Below are positions 26,259-35,225 of a DNA stretch of 53,951 nucleotides, in pieces. This stretch comes from a virus. Lineage: Duplodnaviria > Caudoviricetes. The DNA lies in the IMG/VR virus record IMGVR_UViG_2228664021_000103, positions 1-53,951 of that record. The stretch is one strand, 5' to 3'. How positions within the stretch are numbered: position 1 is the first letter of the stretch; every line of letters starts with the position of its first letter. The position numbers and the translations under genes were made by a program. A model generated the notes under the pieces. That model was not told the origin of the DNA. It searched no databases and saw nothing but the letters and a program-made list of their open reading frames with translations.

Positions 26259-26822
26259 CTAAAAATCTACAGACTGAGACTTTACAGTGAAGTCGTTAAC
26301 CCTATCGGCAAGTTCCTTGATCTTCGCATCGATAGCATTCTGCGCCGAAACAGGCAGGCCAGTAGCAAAAGCCTGTGTCTCTTCGATGGACCAAGACTTT
26401 TTTGATTTGCCGCTGGGGTTCACCACGCTAGTAATCTGCGCATTCCACAGCAGGTTATTCTGATGCTTCATACGATCAAGGGCGTTGATTGGATCGTCGC
26501 GCCCCATAAAGTCCAACTTAAGCGGGAACTTGTGCAGGGCTTCGCTGACAAGATTCTCCGTCATTCGCGAGGGGATTCCGGTAAGGTGAACTGTGTATCG
26601 ACTCGCCTCAAGATCCTTCTCGATTCCCTCCAACTGGCCCTCAATCTCCTTCAGCTCCTTGGAGTCCGTGGTAATCGAGTGGAGCTCGCGCAGTTTAGAC
26701 TTGGCGTATGCGGCAACCTCGTTGAGGTACACCACAACCTCATCCTTTGGCTGCGGTCGCTCAGTGAGAACTTCACCCAGGTCCCATTCGCCATCATCCA
26801 TACTGGGGTCAGATATAGTCAC
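26259..26822 (-). CDS. tail assembly chaperone (G)
   Basis: between tail tube and TMP; GTG start at 26822 with GAGAGG SD; ends GAT-TTT-TAG. Confidence 0.75.
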   Translation of the reverse strand: MTISDPSMDDGEWDLGEVLTERPQPKDEVVVYLNEVAAYAKSKLRELHSITTDSKELKEIEGQLEGIEKDLEASRYTVHLTGIPSRMTENLVSEALHKFPLKLDFMGRDDPINALDRMKHQNNLLWNAQITSVVNPSGKSKKSWSIEETQAFATGLPVSAQNAIDAKIKELADRVNDFTVKSQSVDF

Positions 26823-27145
26823 TTCTTTACAACCTCTCGTCTGTAGCACTTTAGATTTGCAATCTCGGTCCAGAGGAACCATGTCCCGGCAACATAAATA
26901 CCCGAACCGTCTGCACCTTCCAGCACGCCGATCGTGCGCGATGTATCGTAATCGTCTAGATTCTCTGGGTCCGCATATACATCGAAGGTAACAATCCGCC
27001 CAATATGACGCGGCTGAATTGTCGCCAGTGTGGTGATGCGATCACCTACCCATTCAGACCTGGTAAGCGCACCGAGCACGCTGTCGAAGCTATCCATGAT
27101 TCTCCATTCAAGAGCAACCATCTTGCTCTTGAATAAGTCTATCAC
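26819..27145 (-). CDS. hypothetical protein
   Basis: ORF between terminator and chaperone, GTGA overlap. Confidence 0.55.
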   Translation of the reverse strand: MIDLFKSKMVALEWRIMDSFDSVLGALTRSEWVGDRITTLATIQPRHIGRIVTFDVYADPENLDDYDTSRTIGVLEGADGSGIYVAGTWFLWTEIANLKCYRREVVKK

Positions 27146-27147
27146 GC

Positions 27148-27182
27148 AAAAAGAAAAGCCCCACCAGTTCGGGCGAGGCTTC
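27148..27182 (-). terminator. intrinsic terminator after tail tube genes
   Basis: AAGCC...GGCTT stem followed by TTTTCTTTTT on - strand. Confidence 0.55.
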
Positions 27183-27198
27183 TCCTAGGTAACCGGAA

Positions 27199-28017
27199 TC
27201 AGGTAATGGTGACAGACAGAGCTGTCGAGGCAATCCCGGTGATCTTTTCGGTGGCGGTGATGGATGCCGTACCAGCCGCTACAGCGTGTACGACACCATT
27301 CGCGTCCACGGTGGCCTTGGTCGGGTCGGACGAGGACCAGGAGAATGCCCCTGGATAGCCATTCCACTCGTTGGCGACAGCGGCGAGCTGCCTACCGGAG
27401 CGGTACGTCCCCAGCGGGGTCTTTCCAAGCGGAGACACGTAGTTAGGTGTACCAATGGCAACTGGGGTAGTCGTGGTGAACGTCCCAACCTGCGCGTTCA
27501 CCCAGAGGTCACCCTGCGGCTGGAACGTAATCGCGTACTTGAACCCGAGCTCGCCAACAACACTGTCCTGCCATCCGTCACTCATGACCTTGTAGATTGA
27601 AACAAAGTCTCCCGTGACGGCGACCTTGTTCTTGTCATCAGCGCCAGCAGTGGTCTTTTTGCCATCGGAGCGGATAATCAGGTACCCGAGAGTACGCGGC
27701 TTGTCAATCGCCAGGAAGGTAGTCAGATACTCATTTGAGGTATCGGTGTAGTTGCGTGGATAGAAGAACGACACCGTGCCGCCGAACTGGGCGAAACCTC
27801 GTGTCTGAGTATTGCCCACATCGCCAACACTCGGATCCGAGTTCTGGTTGGACGCCTGGGTGCCGAAAGAGTAGCCGTCCCATGCGGTCGAGTTGGTAAC
27901 GTTGACGGTGGCGTTGATCTCCGCAGCAGTGGGGTTCTTCGGGTTCACCGCGTAGTTAGGCAGCGCCCACCACAGCGTTACGCCGAGACCATTAGCAGTT
28001 ACTTTAGTGTTTGCCAT
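27199..28017 (-). CDS. major tail (tube) protein with C-terminal Ig-like (Big_2) domain
   Basis: NPTAAEINA tube motif; WSSSDPTKATVDANGVVHAVAAGTASITA. Confidence 0.85.
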   Translation of the reverse strand: MANTKVTANGLGVTLWWALPNYAVNPKNPTAAEINATVNVTNSTAWDGYSFGTQASNQNSDPSVGDVGNTQTRGFAQFGGTVSFFYPRNYTDTSNEYLTTFLAIDKPRTLGYLIIRSDGKKTTAGADDKNKVAVTGDFVSIYKVMSDGWQDSVVGELGFKYAITFQPQGDLWVNAQVGTFTTTTPVAIGTPNYVSPLGKTPLGTYRSGRQLAAVANEWNGYPGAFSWSSSDPTKATVDANGVVHAVAAGTASITATEKITGIASTALSVTIT

Positions 28018-28026
28018 ATCCTATCC

Positions 28027-28566
28027 TTACGCCACCAGATAATTCCAGTTCACATCACCGGTAAAGGCGAGTGAATTGAGGCCCTTGATGGGCGTGTTGT
28101 TGTCGAGAACCCACTGCGGGTAGTCAGTGAGGAATTTGGCCATCTTGATGTACTGACCGGCAGCAAAAGCCTGGTCTTGCGAGAACTGGGGACCCGTGCG
28201 GGAGATAAACCAGTAAGGAACGTCGGGCGAGCCGAGCATTGCCGTGACCTTGTTGAACAGGCTAGTCAGATCAACGGTTGAACCGGATCCGCCAGTGTTG
28301 GCATCGCACAGCCACTGGATATTGCCAGTCGCGTTGTACTGGGTGAGGGAAACCTCATTGCCAATTGAACAGAACGTAATCGTAGAGTCGGTCTCCGAGT
28401 CACCCAGAGTCAGCTCCGTGCCGTCCTCAGTGAGGGCGCACGAGATGAAGTGGACAAATCTGCGATCGTTAAGCTCTGCAATCGTGGGGTGTGCCGGATC
28501 GACAAAAGCTGACTCAAGTGCCAGCGCCCAGGTCTGGGCTGGGCGAGTAAGCCGCGCTAGGCTCAT
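28027..28566 (-). CDS. second major-tail-like (tube) protein
   Basis: HPTIAELN, ISCAL, TFCSIG, ISRTG motifs typical of actinophage tube proteins. Confidence 0.75.
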   Translation of the reverse strand: MSLARLTRPAQTWALALESAFVDPAHPTIAELNDRRFVHFISCALTEDGTELTLGDSETDSTITFCSIGNEVSLTQYNATGNIQWLCDANTGGSGSTVDLTSLFNKVTAMLGSPDVPYWFISRTGPQFSQDQAFAAGQYIKMAKFLTDYPQWVLDNNTPIKGLNSLAFTGDVNWNYLVA

Positions 28567-28832
28567 TTCTTATTCTCCTTCGCGGTTGCGATTGATTCAG
28601 CAATCTTTTCCCCGTCCAGGGTAACGCTGACCGGGGAGTCGTCAATCGACTTGCGCTCCCCGTCATCATCAACCTCATAGGGCTGGGAGAGGACTTCATT
28701 CTTGGGAGACTCAACCTCGACCAAGAAGTGCTTGTAGAGTGGATGCTTAAGATACCGTTCGGCGGTCTCGTCATCGAACTCTGAGACAACGCCAGAATTG
28801 GTGTTTTTCAGGTAACGGTAAGGATTCGACAT
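28563..28832 (-). CDS. hypothetical protein
   Basis: ATG at 28832 just after a TAGAAT -10 box. Confidence 0.65.
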   Translation of the reverse strand: MSNPYRYLKNTNSGVVSEFDDETAERYLKHPLYKHFLVEVESPKNEVLSQPYEVDDDGERKSIDDSPVSVTLDGEKIAESIATAKENKK

Positions 28833-28848
28833 TATGTACTCAATTCTA

Positions 28849-29304
28849 TCATGGATAAACTGTGGCGGATACATCAACGATGTTTGTTTCATAACGGAAA
28901 CTTGATAGGGCAGAATACGCCAACGGTCTACTGTTCGCCTCACCGATGGTATAGCTACCCCCACCCCACTCCTTGGCGAGTGGGGTGGCATTATCTGGAG
29001 CCCACCCGAGAAGAACCTGTCCGGTGATTGACGCTGCCTGACGTGCCCTCTTAGGAGAACTTCCAATGGCAAGAGTCCGCACGAGGGAGTAGTACCCATC
29101 CAGCGTCACCCCGCCGAAAGAGTCACTACCGGATGCGTGCAGGAGATCTCCGAACTGGACGACGATAAAGGTCTGCGTCACACCGTTGATCTGGACCAAC
29201 GTCAGCCCATCGGTTACATCACCCTCCATGACCTCATATGGCAGGTCTGATTCCATTTTTGCAAGGATCTCGTCTTGCACTGCACTGATATCTAGACCGG
29301 CCAT
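28849..29304 (-). CDS. tail terminator protein
   Basis: position and size in the head-tail module. Confidence 0.6.
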   Translation of the reverse strand: MAGLDISAVQDEILAKMESDLPYEVMEGDVTDGLTLVQINGVTQTFIVVQFGDLLHASGSDSFGGVTLDGYYSLVRTLAIGSSPKRARQAASITGQVLLGWAPDNATPLAKEWGGGSYTIGEANSRPLAYSALSSFRYETNIVDVSATVYP

Positions 29305-29714
29305 TACTTCCTCTTTATCGCATCTCTTAGTTGCCGGACAAACTGCTCACGAGCCTCAATACCGGCGTCCATCAGTGCCAGCATGGCTGGCACCTCCCGG
29401 CCCGTAAGCCAGTTGGTAAAACCCTTTTCCTGGTATAGAAAATACATCTCCTGAGTATCAAGCCATCCGAACTCACCAACAAGATTTCCGCCATCAATAA
29501 TGACCCGGTACTTCACGGACTTAATCATTAGGGTGGTATCAACGCGCCCCGGCCCGCTCGCTGTATTGTTGATCGTGCCGATGATGTACTGCATCCGCTC
29601 TGCGGCCTGCTTGACGATGGCATCCAGGTCTATAGACTTCTCAACCCTGGCAACGAGATTCCTGGGGCTGTCCACGAACGCACTGGGCGAACCTTTCACC
29701 CACACGATCCCCAT
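29304..29714 (-). CDS. neck protein (HK97 gp10-like)
   Basis: GRVDTTLMIKSV, YFLYQEKGF, PAMLAL. Confidence 0.65.
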   Translation of the reverse strand: MGIVWVKGSPSAFVDSPRNLVARVEKSIDLDAIVKQAAERMQYIIGTINNTASGPGRVDTTLMIKSVKYRVIIDGGNLVGEFGWLDTQEMYFLYQEKGFTNWLTGREVPAMLALMDAGIEAREQFVRQLRDAIKRK

Positions 29715-30214
29715 TATGTCACCGGGGGCTGGGGCCAGCCACTCGTATCGTAGTCCGGACGGGATTCAAGGTTGACAGTTGTCTCAATGGTCCTCTGCCA
29801 AGCCATGCTTGAGTTCTGCGACCCTGTAACGAGGTATTTGTACTCGGTGAGGCTGGGGTCGTTCTTCCCGTCCATGACGACGATCTCAAAACCTGGCTTG
29901 ATATCGGGCAGGACATTATCCTTGGGGAACTCCACCCAGAATTGCACCGTGCGAGTCGTGGTTGAGTCGGTTGCGCGCTTCTGATTCAGGGCGGTTCTCA
30001 GTGGCTGGATGCGAGAATATCCAGTATAAATTGGCGTTACCGTAGCGCTCTGGACGACGCCAGTGATCGGATCCTCAGTCACAATCCGATCCAGCGGGTT
30101 GACTATGGCGATCCAAGCCTGCTTGATCCACGGTGTAATCAATGGCCTCATAAACTCCGCGTAGGCATCCACGTCGGCATAAGGAAGTGAAACGAACGTG
30201 GGGAAATCTACCAT
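29714..30214 (-). CDS. head-to-tail stopper/closure protein
   Basis: IYTGYSRIQP motif; position after adaptor. Confidence 0.6.
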   Translation of the reverse strand: MVDFPTFVSLPYADVDAYAEFMRPLITPWIKQAWIAIVNPLDRIVTEDPITGVVQSATVTPIYTGYSRIQPLRTALNQKRATDSTTTRTVQFWVEFPKDNVLPDIKPGFEIVVMDGKNDPSLTEYKYLVTGSQNSSMAWQRTIETTVNLESRPDYDTSGWPQPPVT

Positions 30215-30645
30215 AACCAGACCCGCGTAGCTGCCTCTGGCCAGGGCTCGGGCTCCTTGCCGGTGGAAACGATCTCGAAGTAATCTTCCCCAGACAGTGA
30301 CGAATCGGCAATATCGAACCACGCCGTAGCAATCTCACGCAGTTCACTAGCGCGCCTAGCAAGATTCAGACGTAGATCATCACTTGCCCATTCGACTGAC
30401 TCATTAGCAGCAAGCCCGGCGATTTTCAGGTAAGCGTACCCAACGGCCCTCGGTGTCGAATCCAGGGCCATTGCCAGAAGGGCTTCTAGTTCGGCGTCCG
30501 AGAACGCGGCGAAATCCCGATAGCCAGGCTCGGGTGGCGTGTATTCGACGGCGTTGTAATCACCGATCACATTGCGAATCTGGCCGACAGGAGTTGTGGG
30601 ATCTACGGGCCAAACTCCGGGATGCCCATCTGGATAGGAAGTCAT
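30208..30645 (-). CDS. head-to-tail adaptor
   Basis: PVGQIRNVIGD...FSDAELEALL motif. Confidence 0.75.
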   Translation of the reverse strand: MTSYPDGHPGVWPVDPTTPVGQIRNVIGDYNAVEYTPPEPGYRDFAAFSDAELEALLAMALDSTPRAVGYAYLKIAGLAANESVEWASDDLRLNLARRASELREIATAWFDIADSSLSGEDYFEIVSTGKEPEPWPEAATRVWLW

Positions 30646-30668
30646 TGTACTCCCATTCTATCGTAAGG

Positions 30669-30756
30669 ACAACAGCCCACCGGAACCATCAGCGTATCAG
30701 GTGGGAGGGTGTCAGGAGGTGTGACGCCTGTACGGGGTTCAACGATGGGCTGTTGT
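30669..30756 (-). ncRNA. candidate ~90-nt rod-shaped sRNA with anti-Shine-Dalgarno apical loop
   Basis: 14-bp terminal stem with a U-G pair on the - strand; nested stems; loop CACCTCC; own TGaTATGAT -10 at 30764-30772. Confidence 0.6.
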
Positions 30757-30784
30757 TGGTTCAATCATATCATGGCACAAAGAG

Positions 30785-30813
30785 GAAACCCCCAGCCGAA
30801 GCCGGGGGTTTCT
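30785..30813. terminator. terminator hairpin after the capsid operon
   Basis: GAAACCCCCAGC-CGAA-GCCGGGGGTTTC. Confidence 0.7.
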
Positions 30814-30825
30814 CCTGTGTTCTAT

Positions 30826-31041
30826 TTAGGAAGCGGCCATCAAGCCAGCGGCAATAAGCGCCGCCCGTACTGCAATCAGGTCTGTAGCTACAGCAGTGGC
30901 ATCAGCCGGAGTTGCATCTACCGCCACGAAGGCAGCTACCGCCGTCTGGGGAATATCCCCGACCACAACCAGGGGCTGTGGGGCGTACTTAGACGGATTA
31001 CTCGCCGCTTGGGTGAGCACTACCGGCTTAGCGGCTACCAT
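30826..31041 (-). CDS. small head-fibre/decoration-like protein
   Basis: Ala-rich, ends with RAALIAAGLMA; follows MCP. Confidence 0.6.
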   Translation of the reverse strand: MVAAKPVVLTQAASNPSKYAPQPLVVVGDIPQTAVAAFVAVDATPADATAVATDLIAVRAALIAAGLMAAS

Positions 31042-32180
31042 CAGGAACCAGTCCCATTGGACCAGATCACCAGATCCGGGGTCCAGAGGATACCACGGTT
31101 GATGATACGCATCCGGAAGTCAGCCGTGTCGTTCTCGAAGTTACCCTCGAACGGCGACACTGCGCCACTGGATCCGACGTAGCTACCCGTGTTGCCCTGC
31201 ACGCGGAGCTCGGGGAGCTCGTGGCCGGTCAGACGCAGGAGCTCCAGAACCGGACGACCGCCAGTCCCACCCTGCTTCGGCACAAGGTACCAAGCCGGTG
31301 CGGTGACGTACTCCGACTCAACGACGGTGATGCCCGCAAGCGGGTTGTAACCATTGACGTTGAACAGGAACGAGCCATCCTGGAGCTGGGCAAACGTCTG
31401 GTCGAGGATGAACTGAGCGAAAACGCCCTGTCCACTACCGACGATCAGGTTGTAGCCACCCGTGATGCGGACCTTGCGACCACTGATCTCACGTGAAGTA
31501 AGTTCAATGATTGCCTGGATGAGGGCATCCCTACCCAGCGGAGCGTTCGGGGGAACGACAACACCAGTCGGGGGGGTCCCGCCATCGAGCTGTTGACCAG
31601 CGCCGACACCGGAGATGAGGGCATTCCAGACCTCGAACTCCTCGGTGTCGAATCCGATCTGGCGCATCGCCTCGGGCAGAGACTGAAGAGCCCCAACCGA
31701 GTCGTTGATCCATGCCTCGAACGTGAAGCCGGTCTTGAATCCGCGCTTACGCACGCCACCCTGGATCGAGACCTCGCCCTCAAGGTATGCATACGGGTAT
31801 GCAGCACCTTCGGGGATAACCGGAGCAACCCAGTTCGGGGTCCCGTCACCGAGAACACCAGGGTTCCATTCGGGGACGAGCGAGTAGAGCGTTGCATTCC
31901 GGAAGTCCGAAACCAGACGGGTCCCTGCAATCGTGCTCCAGTTGCGAGCTGGGAGGTCGAACTGCGGCAGGACATTCAGGTTGAACAGGTAGGCGAGGTT
32001 GAAGATCGCGTCGCTTGTGGCAACACTCTCCTCAAGAGCACCCTTGGCACTGCGGTCACCGGCCATAGTAGCTTCTGCAAGCTCCTTGACCCTCTTGACC
32101 TTGGCCCTAGTGACGCCCATAGGCGTCTTGATCTTTCCGTCCAGAGTGAACGGATTCTTGTACTCGTGTGCGTCAGCCAC
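31041..32180 (-). CDS. major capsid protein
   Basis: 379 aa, strongly biased codons, TSDA/PEGAAYP/FENDTADFRMR; follows protease and decoration genes. Confidence 0.85.
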   Translation of the reverse strand: MADAHEYKNPFTLDGKIKTPMGVTRAKVKRVKELAEATMAGDRSAKGALEESVATSDAIFNLAYLFNLNVLPQFDLPARNWSTIAGTRLVSDFRNATLYSLVPEWNPGVLGDGTPNWVAPVIPEGAAYPYAYLEGEVSIQGGVRKRGFKTGFTFEAWINDSVGALQSLPEAMRQIGFDTEEFEVWNALISGVGAGQQLDGGTPPTGVVVPPNAPLGRDALIQAIIELTSREISGRKVRITGGYNLIVGSGQGVFAQFILDQTFAQLQDGSFLFNVNGYNPLAGITVVESEYVTAPAWYLVPKQGGTGGRPVLELLRLTGHELPELRVQGNTGSYVGSSGAVSPFEGNFENDTADFRMRIINRGILWTPDLVIWSNGTGS

Positions 32181-32182
32181 GG

Positions 32183-32593
32183 TTATGCTCCAATCCGGAC
32201 CGGGGCGATACCGGCAGCCTTAACGTAGTCACGTGGATAGTCCGTGTAACCATACAGCGTGTTACCCGAGCTGGTCAGCGTGAGAACGCCGCCAGAGGTG
32301 ATGTATACCGCAACGTCCTGCCCGGTCGAGGTCGTAACTCCAGTGATGCTGGAGAACTCCCAAGTACCGTCATACGCGACGGTCGCCTCAGCGGGGAGGT
32401 TGCCCACACCACCGTTGGCATACGTGATCGTGATGCCGTTCCGAGTCTCCGTGCGAGTTGCATCACCGCGAGCGGTAAGCGTCACGCAGGGGCGGGCGTT
32501 GACGAGAAGTGGGGTGCCAGACTGGGTACCCGAAGGGACCGCACGCTCGCGAGTCTTCTCTCCGTCGTAACGGTAAATCATGTTCTTAGCCAT
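32183..32593 (-). CDS. capsid decoration/cement protein (DUF2190-like)
   Basis: VPSGTQSGTPLLV, ATVAYDGTWEF, GQDVAVYIT; between scaffold and MCP. Confidence 0.7.
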   Translation of the reverse strand: MAKNMIYRYDGEKTRERAVPSGTQSGTPLLVNARPCVTLTARGDATRTETRNGITITYANGGVGNLPAEATVAYDGTWEFSSITGVTTSTGQDVAVYITSGGVLTLTSSGNTLYGYTDYPRDYVKAAGIAPVRIGA

Positions 32594-33510
32594 TAGCGCC
32601 ACGCTCCAACCGAATAGTCCACTTCAGCTCCGGCACCAATCGAGCGGCCTGAGCCGTCCTCGACAAGAGCGGAACTTCTGGCCTCTTCGAGGACCTTCTT
32701 CGCACTCTCCACAAGCGGAGCGACATCATCGCCACGCTTAGCGGCCTCGCGCAGGGATGCGCGCTGCGACGGAAGAAGCTCGGCTGCGTCAATCACGGCG
32801 ACGGCAGCGTCATAAGACTCAACCGACTCCTTGATCGCCTTGTCGATAGTTTCCTGATCGACCTTCGCCTGTGCTTCTCCATCGACCTTGGCCTTGGATT
32901 CAGCGATGAAGGACTCAAGGAGGGTGATAAGCTTTTCGAGCTTTTCGTCCATCTTCTTGTTATCCTTTTTCTCCTGCGCCGTGGGGACGCTAGGTTTTCC
33001 TGGCTGTTCAATTTCAGCCAAACTTTCCATGAGCGATTCAATTCGCCCACCAGCACCAGCGGCGCTGACAAAATCTACAGAGATGAGCGGACTGTCGTCA
33101 ACGCTCTCAACGATGTAATCGCCATTCTCGTCATCTGACCCGTTGCTGGATGGCGTAAAGACGCTTACTCCGAACAGATCACCGAAACCCTCGATGAGGT
33201 CACGGTACTTATCGCGAGGCTTGGCATCCGTATAGAGACCGGCGACGCCATCAACTACCTTGTACTCCACGACCTTGCCCGTGCGAGCAGCAATGTTCTC
33301 GGGAATGCGCTTATGCGGCTTGGTAACATCCTCTGGGTGGCCCATATACATAGGGCGATCCGCGAAGATATCCTTGTTAGACTCAAGGAACTCTCTGGTA
33401 TAAACAGCCGTCGTGCCCTTGCCCTCGGTGATAATCCTGATCGGGATAGTCTTTGAGCCAGCGACAGACTCAAGGATCGCACCATGCTCGATAAGTTGGC
33501 GTTTCGACAT
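32593..33510 (-). CDS. capsid maturation protease + scaffold
   Basis: MYMGH, GVSV, SVDFVSAAGAGG protease motifs; helical charged C-terminal half. Confidence 0.85.
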   Translation of the reverse strand: MSKRQLIEHGAILESVAGSKTIPIRIITEGKGTTAVYTREFLESNKDIFADRPMYMGHPEDVTKPHKRIPENIAARTGKVVEYKVVDGVAGLYTDAKPRDKYRDLIEGFGDLFGVSVFTPSSNGSDDENGDYIVESVDDSPLISVDFVSAAGAGGRIESLMESLAEIEQPGKPSVPTAQEKKDNKKMDEKLEKLITLLESFIAESKAKVDGEAQAKVDQETIDKAIKESVESYDAAVAVIDAAELLPSQRASLREAAKRGDDVAPLVESAKKVLEEARSSALVEDGSGRSIGAGAEVDYSVGAWR

Positions 33511-33557
33511 TATAGTTACAATCTTAGCACGACTCTTGACATAGCCGAAGATTTGTA

Positions 33558-35186
33558 CTACGCTTTGGAGGCTTCGATCCTTTGTATTGCCTCAATCAGG
33601 ATATTCAGCTTCTGATTCAGTTCGTCCTGGCCCATCCCTGCGAGTGAATTCGCGAGGACATCACGGCGGAGGTCATTGGTATTCGGCCCCGCGCCAGCGA
33701 ATTGAGAGTTGGACCCCTGGGCGTTAGAGAATCCCGAACCATTCCCAGGCTTACCGCCCGGCTGGTCAGTGTCAATATCCTTGCGGGCCAGACTCTTCTC
33801 GTTGTTCGGGATGAGGATGCCATCCGGCGCATCGTCGTGCAGCGGTTCAATGTCAAGCTCGGACAGTACCTTGGGCCGCAGCTCATCGGCCCACAGGGCA
33901 CCCATGCCCCACCCCAGCGCGACACGCTGGAGCTCGCGGTACGGATCCGGATCGTCAATCTCCGGGAAGGTGATCGTCAGGTTCTCACCAACAGCCCAGA
34001 ACAGGATATCGGAGAAGAAGGACTTCCACGCTTCCTGGCGCGAGACCATAGCCCGCTTCGTGGGAAGATCAAGGTTCGACGCTGCGCCATAAGAGGATCC
34101 TGCCGCTCCGGGGTCGGAGAGGAGGTGCACGATGGAGACCTCGATACCGGTAGCAACCATTGCCGCCAGCGGTCGCCCAGAGTTGAAGTCGTAGCCACGT
34201 CCCGCGGAGTTGAGCGGAACGATATCCTGACCCTCAACCAGGCTGGCAGTTCTGCCGGATCCCGTGGAGCCTCCCACCTTAGCCGCAGCGTTGGCAGCGC
34301 CTGCCGAAGTCTTGCTGACGACCTTGAAGGCGAACTTAGCCAGGGCCTCGCTCATGACTTTTCCGTACTTCAGGAATTCAGAGTAGAGTTTCGCCCAGGC
34401 GATGACCGGCAGGGCGTCCGGAATACCCAGCGGCCAGCCGACCTGACCGTTGAACCGCTTGTCCACGACGATGGTGTCCGGGTCAACCTCTACGGCCTTG
34501 CCGTTAGTAGTGATCGTCTTTTGCTTCGTACCGCTGAACCGGTAGGTGTAATACCAGCGTGAAATGGTCTTGGGCGAACCGTTACTCAGAGTCCTGTTCC
34601 AGGAGCGCTGATAGGCCCAGATCTCATCGGGGAAGTCGGGATTTACCCTAATGTCGGTGATCTGAGAGATGGGAATGATACGGACGGTTTTCCTGCCCCC
34701 GATGTTAGAGCAGAACGCCAGAGCAACGCCATCGGAGTAGGCAACACCCTCCAGCTCCTCGTGCGCATTGGAGGAAAAGATGGAATCCTGATTGGTCGGA
34801 TCCAGATAGAAGCGGCGCAGCAGTGGCTGGACACCACGCTGATTGGTTTTCTCCACGCCGGGGATGGAGATACCCTTGGACCACACATAGCTACGGCGCA
34901 GCAGGATGCCCCGCTTAATTAGCGGGCTACCAACCATGTATTCCCGGATGGTCTCGCTGATTTCCTGGATGTCGGTGAGCGAAAAGCCCTCAACATCATC
35001 CCCAAAGGAGCCCCACCACTTCTCCCAGCCGCGATCCTCAAATGCCAGCATGTTCTTTACGGAATCAAGAGACTCGGTAAGTTCGTGATTCTGAGCCAGC
35101 AGAGTGTCCAGGACTTCGGTCGCCGCATCGGCATAACTGCCGCCCTCATGCAGGGATCGGGTCAGCGCTTCCTCAAAATCGTCCAT
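33558..35186 (-). CDS. portal protein
   Basis: 542 aa directly after TerL; SPLIKRGILLR, GIPDALP. Confidence 0.85.
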   Translation of the reverse strand: MDDFEEALTRSLHEGGSYADAATEVLDTLLAQNHELTESLDSVKNMLAFEDRGWEKWWGSFGDDVEGFSLTDIQEISETIREYMVGSPLIKRGILLRRSYVWSKGISIPGVEKTNQRGVQPLLRRFYLDPTNQDSIFSSNAHEELEGVAYSDGVALAFCSNIGGRKTVRIIPISQITDIRVNPDFPDEIWAYQRSWNRTLSNGSPKTISRWYYTYRFSGTKQKTITTNGKAVEVDPDTIVVDKRFNGQVGWPLGIPDALPVIAWAKLYSEFLKYGKVMSEALAKFAFKVVSKTSAGAANAAAKVGGSTGSGRTASLVEGQDIVPLNSAGRGYDFNSGRPLAAMVATGIEVSIVHLLSDPGAAGSSYGAASNLDLPTKRAMVSRQEAWKSFFSDILFWAVGENLTITFPEIDDPDPYRELQRVALGWGMGALWADELRPKVLSELDIEPLHDDAPDGILIPNNEKSLARKDIDTDQPGGKPGNGSGFSNAQGSNSQFAGAGPNTNDLRRDVLANSLAGMGQDELNQKLNILIEAIQRIEASKA

Positions 35187-35225
35187 GGCTCTAGTTTACC
35201 AGTAGTATTGAGGTGGTTTATTGCA

